A program made the position numbers and the translations under genes. Source: Octopus sinensis (lineage: Eukaryota). Taken from it: a DNA stretch of 64,000 nucleotides. The stretch's first letter is position 1. Every line of letters begins with the position of its first letter. Below, in pieces: positions 42,101 through 55,065 of the stretch. The notes beneath the pieces were generated by a model that was given only the letters and a program-made list of their open reading frames with translations, searched no databases and was not told the origin of the DNA. The stretch is taken from contig NC_043025.1 in NCBI RefSeq assembly GCF_006345805.1, forward strand, positions 1,116,001-1,180,000. The letters run 5' to 3'.

Positions 42101-44841
42101 TGGTTTTCTTTAGAGGAACATTTTTTTCACATATTTCTTCGATCTTGCTTAAGAATTTCTTGTGTTTATCTGGCCCAGTAAGGTAGAGATCCCAGTCAAT
42201 GATTTGTAACTGGTTGTTAATAGTTTCCCAATTTGCCTGGTGATAATCATACCTGCATAGCTTTGGCATGTCCTTTTGTTTAAGAGTTGTGGCATTGGGC
42301 TCATTACCAATGTGTAAATGCATTTCAATAATATTGTGGTCTGAAAGGATTGTTGGGGTTGAGTGAAGGTCAAATAGCGTGTCCTCGTTGTTGGTGAAAA
42401 CCAAGTCGATCGTATTATTATTTCTTGTTGCTTCTGTCATCATTTGTTTGAGGTATAATTTCTCTGTGACTTCCAACAGTTTGGCTGCCTGTATTTGTTC
42501 AGCTTTTGTCCCCAGTTTTAGTATGTGTCCATGTGGCCAGATGATGTTAGGGAAGTTGAAGTCACCAAGGAGGATAATGTCTGGCATTGGACTCGCCATG
42601 TTTCCCAGAATTTGTTGGAGCTTCGTCAGTGGCTCAGTGAAGGATAATGTTGGGCTGTTTGGCGGTCTGTACATTATTGTTACAACTGTATTAAGTTGGA
42701 TGATTTTTATGCACAGCAGGCTGCAGTAGGCATTTGATTCGTTGACAAGTTCTATGCATGCATAGGTGTCATGGATATACATGATAACGCCCCCATGGGA
42801 TCTGCCTTGTCTATCACATCTGAAGATGTTGAATCTATTGATTGTGATTTCGCTGTTGCGGATGTTTTCGTTGAGATGACTTTCAGTAATTCCAATTATT
42901 TTGGAGTTGTTTTCTCTTGCTAATTCTTCCAAGAAAGGGACTTTACACTGTTTTGTTTTCGGATAAAGACCCTGGATATTTGCTGTTATTATGCTTGTTG
43001 TACCGGAAAATAGCCAAAAAATAGCAAGAAAATGCATTAAAAATGGGAAAAAATGATGGTAATTTTTTTAAATCGTAGACTTATCGTAGACGCGCGCTAA
43101 TACCCAGAAGGGCTCGTTATGAAGTATCGCCCGGCGTTGCTCGGGTTTGTAAGGGAAAAAACCATATAAGCATTTTTAGAGAGTTATAGCCAAAAAATAG
43201 CAAGAAAATGCATTAAAAATGGGAAAAAATTATGGTAATTTTTTTAAATCGTAGACTTATCGTAGACGCGCGCTAATACCCAGAAGGGCTCGTTATGAAG
43301 TATCGCCCGGCGTTGCTCGGGTTTGTAAGGGAAATAACCATATAAGCATTTTTAGAGAGTTATAGCGAAAAAATAGCAAGAAAATGCATTAAAAATGGGA
43401 AAAAATGATGGTAAATTTTTTTTAAATCGTAGACTTATCGTAGACTTTTTAGAGAGTTACTTCCCTTATATGATAATGAAAAAATGGATTAAAATGAAAA
43501 AAAATGATGGCAAATTGTTTTAAAAATCGTAGACTCATCGTAGACATTTTTAGAGTGTTACTTCCCTTATATAATAACGAAAAAATGCATTAAAATGAAA
43601 ACAAATGATGGTAAATTATTTTAAAAGTTGTAGACTCATCGTAGACGCGCGCTAATACACAGAAGGGCTCGATATGAATCACGACTATAAGATGCCCGGT
43701 TTTGGTTACACTGCACCGCAAAATGTGGGAGTAGTTAGGAATCTAAATCGTAGGAGACAGAGTCTCACACACACAACATAAATTTCATATATAAAGACTA
43801 GCAGGATCGCCCGGCGTTGCTCTGGTTTGTAAGGGAAATAACTATATAATAATTTTCAGAGAGTTATAGCCAAAAAATAGCAAAAAAATGCATTAAAAAT
43901 GGGAAAAAATTATGGTAATTTTTTTTTTAAATCGTAGAATTATCGTAGACGCGCGCTAATACCCAGAAGGGCTCGATATGAATCACGATTATAAGATACC
44001 CGCTTTTGGTTACACTGCACCGCAAAATGTGGGAGTAGTTAGGAATCTAAATCGTATGAGACAGACAGCACACAACCTCACTTTTATATATAAAGACTAG
44101 CAGTATCGCCCGGCGTTGCTCGGGTTTGTAAGGGAAATAACTATATAAGCATTTTTAGAGAGTTATAGCCAAAAAATAGCAAAAAATGCATTAAAAATGG
44201 GAAAAAATGATGGTAAATTTTTTTTAAATCGTAGACGCGCGCTAATACCCAGAAGGGCTCGATATGAATCACGACTATAAGATACCCGCTTTTGGTTACT
44301 CTGCACCGCAAAATGTGGGAGTAGTTAGGAATCTAAATCGTATGAGACAGACAGCACACAACCTCACTTTCATATATAAAGACTAGCAGTATCGCCCAGC
44401 GTTGCTCGGGTTTGTAAGGGAAATAACCATATAAGCATTTTTAGAGAGTTATAGCCAAAAAATAGCAAGAAAATGCATTAAAAATGGGTAAAAATTATGG
44501 TAATTTTTTTTTAAATCGTAGATTTATCGTAGACGCGTGCTAATACCCAGAAGGGCTCGATATGAATCACGACTATAAGATACCCGGTTTTGGTTAAATT
44601 GCACCGCAAAATGTGGGAGTAGTTAGGAATCTAAATCAGAGGAGACAGAGTCTGACACAACTTCATTTTTATATACAACTAGCAGTATCGCCCGGCGTTG
44701 CTCGGGTTTGTAAGGGAAATAACCATATAAGCATTTTTAGAGAGTTATAGCAAAAAAAATAGCAAAAAAATGCAATAAAAATGGGAAAAAATGATGGTAA
44801 TTTTTTTTTTTAAATCATAGATTTATCGTAGACGCGCGCTA
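39187..44841 (-). mobile_element. Non-autonomous Helitron concatemer with internal ~176-bp tandem repeats
   Basis: Minus-strand 3' end hairpin CCCGAGCAACGCCGGG + ~10 nt + CTAG. 5' end TCTTTATATAT. CTAG|TC junctions at 43797/8, 44096/7 and 44382/3, with a degenerate one at 44678/9. Confidence 0.85.
39964..43009 (-). mobile_element. CR1-group LINE with nearly intact ORF2 (EN plus RT), inserted into the Helitron repeat
   Basis: ORF 40155-43037 has TANIQGL, ITESHL, YRPP, GDFN, SDH, NYRPISLTS, YLDFAKAFD and FADD. (ATGAA)n tail. ATA is duplicated at 39961-39963 and 43010-43012. Confidence 0.96.
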
Positions 44842-44842
44842 T

Positions 44843-44882
44843 TCTCTCTCTCCCTCTCTCTCTCTCTTTCTCTCTCTCTCTT

Positions 44883-44916
<34 letters not shown>

Positions 44917-45033
44917 TCACTCTCACTCCCTCTCTCTCTTTCTCTCTCTCTCTTTAAGTCTCTCTTTCTCTCTCTTTCTCTCTCTCTTTCTCTCTCCCTC
45001 TCTCTCTCTCTTTCTCTCTCTCATTCTCTCTCC

Positions 45034-45064
<31 letters not shown>

Positions 45065-45212
45065 CCTCCCTCTCTCTCTCTCTTTCTCTCTCTCTCTTTC
45101 TCTCTCTTATTCTCTATCCCTCTCTCTCTTTCTCTCTCTCTCTTCTCTCTCCCTCCCTCTCTCTCTCTCTTTCTCCCTCCCTCTCTCTCTCTCTTTCTCT
45201 CATTCTCTCTCC

Positions 45213-45243
<31 letters not shown>

Positions 45244-45525
45244 CCTCCCTCTTTCTCTCACTTTCTCTCTCACTTTCTCTCTCTTTCTCTCTCACTTTCT
45301 CTCTCTCTTTCTCTCGCTCTTTCTCTCTCTCCCTCTCTCTCCCTCTCTCTCTCTTTCTCTCCCTTTTTCTCTCTCTCTCTTTCTCTCCCTTTTTCTCTCT
45401 CTCTCTCTTCTCTCTCCTTCTCTCTCACCCTTTTTCTCTCTCTCTCTCTTCCCTCTCTCTCTTTCTCTTTCTCTTTAACTCTCTCTCCCTCTCTTTCTCT
45501 CTCTCTTTCTCCCTCCCTCTCTCTT
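44843..45525. repeat. (CT)-rich polypyrimidine microsatellite
   Basis: Visible directly. Confidence 0.95.
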
Positions 45526-45568
45526 AACACAGAAAGCTGTATCTCAAAAAGGTTCTAAATAAACTCAC

Positions 45569-45649
45569 AGCAACCCAAGGATGGTCCGAAACCTCAGCAG
45601 CGGAGAACCTCATTTCTGGATCTACCTGAAGCATGTGTTCAATCAAGTC
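45569..45649 (-). CDS. DCLK: Doublecortin-like kinase exon, kinase subdomain XI (DLIEHMLQVDPEMRFSAAEVSDHPWVA)
   Basis: TTTTTATACAG acceptor and GTGAGT donor, 81 nt, phase 0-0. Invariant subdomain XI Arg and HPW. Confidence 0.93.
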
Positions 45650-45685
45650 CTGTATAAAAAAAAAGAAAGAAAATATTTCAGATCA

Positions 45686-48600
45686 TTACGTTCTGAGTTC
45701 AAATTCCGCCGAGGTCGACTTTACCTTTCATCATTTCAGGGTCGATAAATAAAGTACCAGTTACGCACTGGGATCGATATAATCGACTTAATCCGTTTGT
45801 CTGTCCTTGTTTGTCTTCTTGGTGTTTAGCCCCTTGTGGGTAGTAAAGAAATAGGTATTTCGTCTGCTGTTACGTCCTGAGTTCAAATTCCGCCGAGGTC
45901 GACTTTACCTTTCATCATTTCAGGGTCGATAAATAAAGTACCAGTTACGCACTGGGGTCGAAAATCGACTTAATCCGTTTGTCTGTCCTTGTTTGTCTTC
46001 TCGGTGTTTAGCCCCTTGTGGGTAGTAAAGAAATAGGTATTTCGTCTGCTGTTACGTCCTGAGTTCAAATTCCGCCGAGGTCGACTTTACCTTTCATCAT
46101 TTCAGGGTCGATAAATAAAGTACCAGTTACGCACTGGGGTCGATATGATCGACTTAATCCGTTTGTCTGTCCATGTTTGACTTCTCGGTGTTTAGCCCCT
46201 TGTGGGTAGTAAAGAAATAGGTATTTCGTCTGCTGTTACGTCCTGAGTTCAAATTCCGCCGAGGTCGACTTACCTTTCATCATTTCAGGGTCGATAAATA
46301 AAGTACCAGTTACGCACTGGGGTCGATAAAATCGACTTAATCCGTTTGTCTGTCCTTGTTTGTCTTCTCGGTGTTTAGCCCCTTGTGGGTAGTAAAGAAA
46401 TAGGTATTTCGTCTGCTGTTACGTCCTGAGTTCAAATTCCGCCGAGGTCGACTTTACCTTTCATCATTTCAGGGTCGATAAATAAAGTACCAGTTACGCA
46501 CTGGGGTCGATATAATCGACTTAATCCGTTTGTCTGTCCTTGTTTGACTTCTCGGTGTTTAGCCCCTTGTGGGTAGTAAAGAAATAGGTATTTCGTCTGC
46601 TGTTACGTCCTGAGTTCAAATTCCGCCGAGGTCGACTTTACCTTTCATCATTTCAGGGTCGATAAATAAAGTACCAGTTACGCACTGGGGTCGATAAAAT
46701 CGACTTAATCTGTTTGTCTGTCCTTGTTTGTCTTCTCGGTGTTTAGCCCTTGTGGGTAGTAAAGAAATAGGTATTTCGTCTGCTGTTACGTTCTGAGTTC
46801 AAATTCCGCCGAGGTCGACTTTACCTTTCATCATTTCAGGGTCGATAAATAAAGTACCAGTTACGCACTGGGGTCGATATAATCGACTTAATCCGTTTGT
46901 CTGTCCTTGTTTGTCTTCTCGGTGTTTAGCCCCTGTGGGTAGTAAAGTAAAGAAATAGGTATTTCGTTCTGTGTACGTCCTGAGTTCAAATTACGCCGAG
47001 GTCGACTTTACCTTTCATCATTTCGGGGTCGATAAATAAAGTACCAGATACGCACTGGGGTCGATAAAATAGACTTAATCCGTTGTCTGTCCTTGTTTGT
47101 CTCTCGGTGTTTAGCCCCTTGTGGGTAGTAAGAAATAGGTATTTCGTCTGCTGTTACGTCCTGAGTTCAAATTCCGCCGAGGTCGACTTTACCTTTCATC
47201 GTTTCAGGGTCGATAAATAAATTACCAGTTACGCACTGGGGTCGATAAAATCGACTTAATCCGTTTGTCTGTCCTTGTTTGTCTTCTCGGTGTTTAGCCC
47301 CTTGTGGGTAGTAAAGAAATAGGTATTTCGTCTGCTGTTACGTCCTGAGTTCAAATTCCGCCGAGGTCGACTTTACCTTTCATCATTTCAGGGTCGATAA
47401 ATAAAGTACCAGTTACGCACTGGGGTCGATATAATCGACTTAATCCGTTTGTCTGTCCTTGTTTGTCTTCTCGGTGTTTAGCCCCTTGTGGGTAGTAAAG
47501 AAATAGGTATTTCATCTGCTGTTACGTCCTGAGTTCAAATTCCGCGCGAGGTCGACTTTACCTTTCATCATTTCAGGGTCGATAAATAAAGTACCAGTAC
47601 GCACTGGGGTCGATAAAATCGACTTAATCCGTTGTTGTCCTTGTTTGTCTTCTCGGTGTTTAGCCCCTTGTGGGTAGTAAAGAAATAGGTATTTCTCTGC
47701 TGTTACGTCCTGAGTTCAAATTCCGCCGAGGTCGACTTACCTTTCATCATTTCGGTGTCGATAAATAAAGTACCAGTTACGCACTGGGGTCGATAAAATC
47801 GACTTAATCCGTTTGTCTGTCCTTGTTTGTCTTCTCGGTGTTTAGCCCCTTGTGGGTAGTAAAGAAATAGGTATTTCGTTGCTGTTACGTTCTGAGTTCA
47901 AATTCCGCCGAGGTCGACTTTACCTTTCATCATTTCAGGGTCGATAAATAAAGTACCAGTTACGCACTGGGGTCGATAAATCGAATTAATCCGTTGTCTG
48001 TCCTTGTTTGTCTTCTCGGTGTTTAGCCCTTGGGGGGTAGTAAAGAAATAGGTATTCGTCTGCTGTTACGTCCTGAGTTCAAATTCCGCCGAGGTCGACT
48101 TACCTTTCATCATTTCAGGGTCGATAAATAAAGTACCAGTTACGCACTGGGGTCGATATGATCGACTTAATCCGTTTGTCTGTCCTTGTTGACTTCTCGG
48201 TGTTTAGCCCCTTGTGTGGGTAGTAAAGAAATAGGTATTCGTCTGCTGTTACGTCCTGAGTTCAAATTCCGCCGAGGTCGACTTTACCTTTCATCATTCA
48301 GGGTCGATAAATAAAGTACCAGTTACGCACTGGGGTCGATAAAAGATCGACTTAATCTGTTGTCTGTCCTGGTTTGTCTTCTCGGTGTTTAGCCCTTGGT
48401 GGTAGGAAAGAAATAGGTATTCGTCTGCTGTTACGTTCTGAGTTCAAATTCCGCCGAGGTCGACTTTACTTTCATCATTCAGGGTCGATAAATAAAGTAC
48501 CAGTTACGCACTGGGGTCGATATAATCGAATTAATCCGTTTGTCTGTCCTTGTTTGTCTTCTCGGTTTAGCCCTTGTGGGTAGTAAAGAAATAGGTATTT

Positions 48601-51530
48601 CGTCTGCTGTTACGTCCTGAGTTCAAATTCCGCCGAGGTCGACTTTACCTTTCATCATTTCGGGGTCGATAAATAAAGTACCAGTTACGCACTGGGGTCG
48701 ATAAAATCGACTTAATCCGTTTGTCTGTCCTTGTTTGTCTTCTCGGTGTTTAGCCCCTTGTGGGTAGTAAAGAAATAGGTATTTCGTCTGCTGTTACGTC
48801 CTGAGTTCAAATTCCGCCGAGGTCGACTTTACCTTTCATCATTTCGGGGTCGATAAATAAAGTACCAGTTACGCACTGGGGTCGATAAAATCGACTTAAT
48901 CCGTTTGTCTGTCCTTGTTTGTCTTCTCGGTGTTTAGCCCCTTGTGGGTAGTAAAGAAATAGGTATTTCGTCGGCTGTTACGTTCTGAGTTCAAATTCCG
49001 CCGAGGTCGACTTTACCTTTCATCATTTCAGGGTCGATAAATAAAGTACCAGTTACGCACTGGGGTCGATATAATCGACTTAATCCGTTTGTCTGTCCTT
49101 GTTTGTCTTCTCGGTGTTTAGCCCCTTGTGGGTAGTAAAGAAATAGGTATTTCGTCTGCTGTTACGTCCTGAGTTCAAATTCCGCCGAGGTCAACTTTAC
49201 CTTTCATCATTTCAGGGTCGATAAATAAAGTACCAGTTACGCACTGGGGTCGATATAATCGACTTAATCCGTTTGTCTGTCCTTGTTTGTCTTCTCGGTG
49301 TTTAGCCCCCTTGTGTGGGTAGTAAAGAAATAGGTATTTCGTCTGCTGTTACGTCCTGAGTTCAAATTCCGCCGAGGTCGACTTTACCTTTCATCATTTC
49401 AGGGTCGATAAATAAAGTACCAGTTACGCACTGGGGTCGATAAAATCGACTTAATCCGTTTGTCTGTCCTTGTTTGTCTTCTCGGTGTTTAGCCCTTGTG
49501 GGTAGTAAAGAAATAGGTATTTCGTCTGCTGTTACGTCCTGAGTTCAAATTCCGCCGAGGTCGACTTTACCTTTCATCATTTCGGTGTCGATAAATAAAG
49601 TACCAGTTACGCACTGGGGTCGATAAAATCGACTTAATCCGTTTGTCTGTCCTTGTTTGTCTTCTCGGTGTTTAGCCCCTTGTGGGTAGTAAAGAAATAG
49701 GTATTTCGTCTGCTGTTACGTTCTGAGTTCAAATTCCGCCGAGGTCGACTTTACCTTTCATCATTTCAGGGTCGATAAAAAAAGTACCAGTTACGCACTG
49801 GGGTCGATATAATCGACTTAATCCGTTTGTCTGTCCTTGTTTGTCTTCTCGGTGTTTAGCCCCTTGTGGGTAGTAAAGAAATAGGTATTTCGTCTGCTGT
49901 TACGTCCTGAGTTCAAATTCCGCCGAGGTCGACTTTACCTTTCATCATTTCGGGGTCGATAAATAAAGTACCAGTTACGCACTGGGGTCGATAAAATCGA
50001 CTTAATCCGTTTGTCTGTCCTTGTTTGTCTTCTCGGTGTTTAGCCCCTTGTGGGTAGTAAAGAAATAGGTATTTCGTCTGCTGTTACGTCCTGAGTTCAA
50101 ATTCCGCCGAGGTCGACTTTACCTTTCATCATTTCAGGGTCGATAAATAAATTACCAGTTACGCACTGGGGTCGATAAAATCGACTTAATCCGTTTGTCT
50201 GTCCTTGTTTGTCTTCTCGGTGTTTAGCCCCTTGTGGGTAGTAAAGAAATAGGTATTTCGTCTGCTGTTACGTCCTGAGTTCAAATTCCGGTGAGGTCGA
50301 CTTACTTTCATCATTCAGGGTCGATAAATAAAGTACCAGTTACGCACTGGGGTCGATAAAATCGACTTAATCCGTTTGTCTGTCCTTGTTGTCTTCTCGG
50401 TGTTTAGCCCCTGTGGGTAGTAAAGAAATAGGTATTTCGTCTGCTGTTACGTCCTGAGTTCAAATTCCGCCGAGGTCGACTTTACCTTTCATCATTTCGC
50501 GGGGTCGATAAATAAAGTACCAGTTACGCACTGGGGTCGATAAAATCGACTTAATCCGTTTGTCTGTCCTTGTTTGTCTTCTCGGTGTTAGCCCCTTGTG
50601 GGTAGTAAAGAAATAGGTATTTCGTCTGCTGTTACGTTCTGAGTTCAAATTCCGCGAGGTCGACTTTACCTTCATCATTTCAGGGTCGATAAATAAAGTA
50701 CCAGTTACGCACTGGGGTCGATATAATCGACTTAATCCGTTTGTCTGTCCTTGTTTGTCTTCTCGGTGTTTAGCCCCTTGTGGGTAGTAAAGAAATAGGT
50801 ATTTCGTCTGCTGTTACGTCCTGAGTTCAAAATCCGCCGAGGTCGACTTTACTTTCATCATTTCGGGGTCGATAAATAAAGTACCAGTTACGCACTGGGG
50901 TCGATAAAATCGACTTAATCCGTTTGTCTGTCCTTGTTTGTCTTCTCGGTGTTTAGCCCCTTGTGGGTAGTAAAGAAATAGGTATTTCGTCTGCTGTTAC
51001 GTCCTGAGTTCAAATTCCGCCGAGGTCGACTTTACCTTTCATCATTTCAGGGTCGATAAATAAAGTACCAGTTACGCACTGGGGTCGATATAATCGACTT
51101 AATCCGTTTGTCTGTCCTTGTTTGTCTTCTCGGTGTTTAGCCCCTTGTGGGTAGTAAAGAAATAGGTATTTCGTCTGCTGTTACATTCTGAGTTCAAATT
51201 CCGCCGAGGTCAACTTTGCCTTTCATCATTTCGTGGTCGATAAATAAAGTACCAGTACGCACTGGGGTCGATAAAATCGACTTAATCCGTTTGTCTGTCC
51301 TTGTTTGTCTTCTCGGTGTTTAGCCCCTTGTGGGTAGTAAAGAAATAGGTATTTCGTCTGCTGTTACGTTCTGAGTTTAAATTCCGCCGAGGTCGACTTT
51401 ACCTTTCATCCTTTCGTGGTCGATAAATAAAGTACCAGTCACGCACAGGAGTCAATATAATCGAATTAATCCCTTTGTCTGTCCTTGTTTGTCCCCTCTG
51501 GGTTTAGCCCTTGTGGGCAATAAAGAAATA
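45686..51530 (+). repeat. SINE-derived satellite: about 31-32 head-less ~185-bp units of the Meta/MESC-domain SINE
   Basis: Unit GTATTTCGTCTGC...GAGTTCAAATTCCGCCGAGG...AAAGAAATAG corresponds to the intact SINE at 62746-62978 minus its A-box 5' end. Confidence 0.95.
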
Positions 51531-51589
51531 TACATTTATTACACATGGGATATTAATGTCTATCAAGTATACCTAGGCATAGTATAGTC

Positions 51590-51757
51590 GTAGCAGTGGC
51601 TGTGTGGTAAGTAGCTTGCTTACCAACAACATAGTTCCGGGTTCAGTCCCAATGCGTGGCACATTGGGCAAGTATATTCACCTATAGCCTTGGGCTGAAC
51701 AAAAACTTGTGAGTGGATTTGGTAGACGGAAACTGAAAGAAACCCGTCGTATATATG

Positions 51758-51808
<51 letters not shown>

Positions 51809-53152
51809 TTGTGTGTGTGTATTTGTCCCCCCAACATAGCTTGACAACCGATGCTGGTGTGTTTACGTCCCCGTAACGTAGCGGTTCTGCAAAATAGACT
51901 GATAGAATAAGTACTGGGCTTACAAAAGAATAAGTCCCGGGGTCGAGTTTCTCGACTAAAGGCGGTGCTCCAGCATGGTCGCAGTCAAATGACTGAAACA
52001 TGTAAAAGAGTAAAAGAGTAAAAGAGTATATATATATATAAAGCCTTGTGAGTGGATTTGGTAGACAGAAACTGAAAGAAGCCCGTCGTATATATGTATA
52101 TATGTATGTGTGTGTGTGTTTGTGTGTCTGTGTTTGTCTCCCTAGCATTGCCTGACAACCGATGCTGGTGTGTTTACGTCCCCGTCACCTAGCGGTTCGG
52201 CAAAAGAGACCGATAGAATCAGTACTGGGCTTACAAAGAATAAGTCCCGGGGTCGAGTTGCTCGATTAAAATGGCGGTGCTCCAGCATGGCCGCAGTCAA
52301 ATGACTTAAACTAGTAAAATAGACGGAAACTGAAAGAAGCCTGTCGTATATATGTATATATATATATATATATAGGTGTAGGAGTGGCTGTGTGGTAAGT
52401 AGCTTGCTAACCAACCACATGGTTCCGGGTTCAGTCCCACTGCGTGGCCTCTCGGGCAAGTGTCTTCTGCTATAGCCCCAGGCCGACCAATGCCTTGTGA
52501 GTGGATTTGTTAGACGGAAACTGAAAGAAGCCTGTCGTATATATGTATATATATATAAGCATGTGTGTATATGTTTGTGTGTCTCTGTCCTTCTAGCATT
52601 GCTTGACAACCGATGCTGGTGTATTTATGTCCCCGTCACTTAGCGGTTCGGCAAAAGAGACCGAGAGAATAAGTACTGGGCTTACAAAGAATACGTCCCG
52701 GGGTCGATTTGCTCGCTTAAGGGGTGATGCTCCAGCATGGCCGCACTCAAATGACTGAAACAAGTAAAATAAAATAACCATATATAGGCACAGGAGTGGC
52801 TGTGTGGTAAGTAGCTTGCTTACCAACCACATGGTTCTCTGTTCAGTCCCACTGCGTGGCATATTGGGCAAATGTCTTCTGCTAGAGCCTCGGGCCGACC
52901 AATGCTTTGAGAGTAGATTTGGTAGACGGAAACTGAAAGAAGCCTGTCGTATATATGTATATATATATGTGTTGTGTCTCTGTTTGTGTCCCCCTAGCAT
53001 TGCTTGACAACCGATGCGGTGTGTTTTTACGTGCCGTCAAAAAAGAGACTGGGCTTACAAAAATAAGTCCCGGGGTCAATTTGCTCGACTAAAAGGCGGT
53101 GCTCCAGCATGGCCGCAGTCAAATGACTGAAACAAGTAAAAGAGTAAAAGAG

Positions 53153-53183
<31 letters not shown>

Positions 53184-54030
53184 CCTTGTGAGTGGATTTG
53201 GTAGACGGAAACTGAAAGAAGCCCGTCGTATATATATATATATAGGTGTAGGAGTGGCTGTGTGGTAAGTAGCTTGCTAACCAACCACATGGTTCCAGGT
53301 TCAGTCCCACTGCGTGGCATCTTGGGCAGGTGTCTTCTGCTATAGCCCCGGGCCGACCAATGACTTGTGAGTGGATTTGGTAGACGGAAACTGAAAGAAG
53401 CCCGTCGTATATATGTATATATATATAAGCATGTGTGTATATGTTTGTGTGTCTCTGTCCTTCTAGCATTACTTGACAACCGATGCTGGTGTGTTTATGT
53501 CCCCGTCACTTAGCGGTTCGGCAAAAGTGACCGATAGAATAAGTTCTGGGCTTACAAAGAATAAGTCCCGGGGTCGATTTGCTCGACTAAAAGATGGTGC
53601 TCCAGCATGGCCGCAGTCAAATGACTGAAACAAGTAAAATAAAATAACATATATATAGGCACAGGAGTGGCTGTGTGGTAAGTAGCTTGCTTACCAACCA
53701 CATGGTTCTCTGTTCAGTCCCACTGCGTGGCATATAGGGCAAGTGTCTTCTGTTAGAGCCTCGGGCCGACCAATGCTTTGAGAGTGGATTTCGTAGACTG
53801 AAACTGAAAGAAGCCCGTCGTATATATGTATATATATATGTGTGTGTCTCTGTTTGTCCCCCTAGCATTGCTTGACAACCGATGCTGGTGTGTTTACGTG
53901 CCGTCACAAAAGAGACTGGGCTTACAAAGAATACGTCCCGGGGGTCGATTTGCTCGCTTAAAGGCGGTCTCTCCAGCATGGCCGCAGTCAATTACTGAAA
54001 CAAGTAAAAGAGTAAAAGTATATATATACA
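51590..54030 (+). mobile_element. Cluster of CORE-type SINEs (head, microsatellite, tail) with local duplications
   Basis: A box TGGCTGTGTGG, B box GGTTCAGTCCC, CORE-like TTGGGCAAGTG and (AAAGAGT)n tails. Confidence 0.9.
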
Positions 54031-54039
54031 TATATACAC

Positions 54040-55036
54040 AAATATAAGAGGGTGACCACCATATGGTCGACTCTTGCGCTAAAAATAGATCCGCTATGGT
54101 ATTAGCCACTATATATATATATAGACTAAAGGCAGTGCTCCAGCATGGCCGCAGTCAAATGACTGAAACAAGTAAAAGAGTAAAAGAGTATATATATACA
54201 TATATACACAAATATAAGAGGGTGACCACCATATGGTCGACTCTTGCGCTAAAAATAGATCCGCTATGGTATTAGCCACTATATATATATATAGACTAAA
54301 GGCAGTGCTCCAGCATGGCCGCAGTCAAATGACTGAAACAAGTAAAAGAGTAAAAGAGTATATATATACATATATACACAAATATAAGAGGGTGACCACC
54401 ATATGGTCGACTTTTGCGCTAAATATATCCGCTATGGTATTAGCCACTATATATATATATAGACTAAAGGCAGTGCTCTGCATGGCCGCAGTCAAATGAC
54501 TGAAATAAGTAAAAGAGTAAAAGAGTATATATATACATATATACACCAATATAAGGGTGACCACCATATGGTCGACTTTTGCGCTAAAAATAGATCCGCT
54601 ATGGTATTAGCCACTATATATATATAGACTAAAGGCAGTGCTCCTGCATGGCCGCAGTCAAATGACTGAAATAAGTAAAAGAGTAAAAGAGTATATATAT
54701 ACATATATACACAAATATAAGAGGGTGACCACCATATGGTCGACTTTTGCGCTAAAAATAGATCCGCTATGGTATTAGCCACTATATATATATATAGACT
54801 AAAGGCAGTGCTCCTGCATGGCCGCAGTCAAATGACTGAAATAAGTAAAAGAGTAAAAGAGTATATATATACATATATACACAAATATAAGAGGGTGACC
54901 ACCATATGGTCGACTCTTGCGCTAAAAATAGATCCGCTATGGTAATAGCCACTATATATATATATATATAGACTAAAAGCAGTGCTACAGCATGGCCATA
55001 GTCAAATGACTGAAACAAGTAAAAGAGTAAAAGAGT
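54040..55036 (+). repeat. 170-bp tandem repeat, six copies: SINE 3' tip fused to a ~65-bp double-hairpin sequence
   Basis: ATATGGTCGAC at 54061, 54231, 54401 and onward. Confidence 0.92.
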
Positions 55037-55065
55037 AGACGAGTATGTGTATACGTGGGTCTTAC

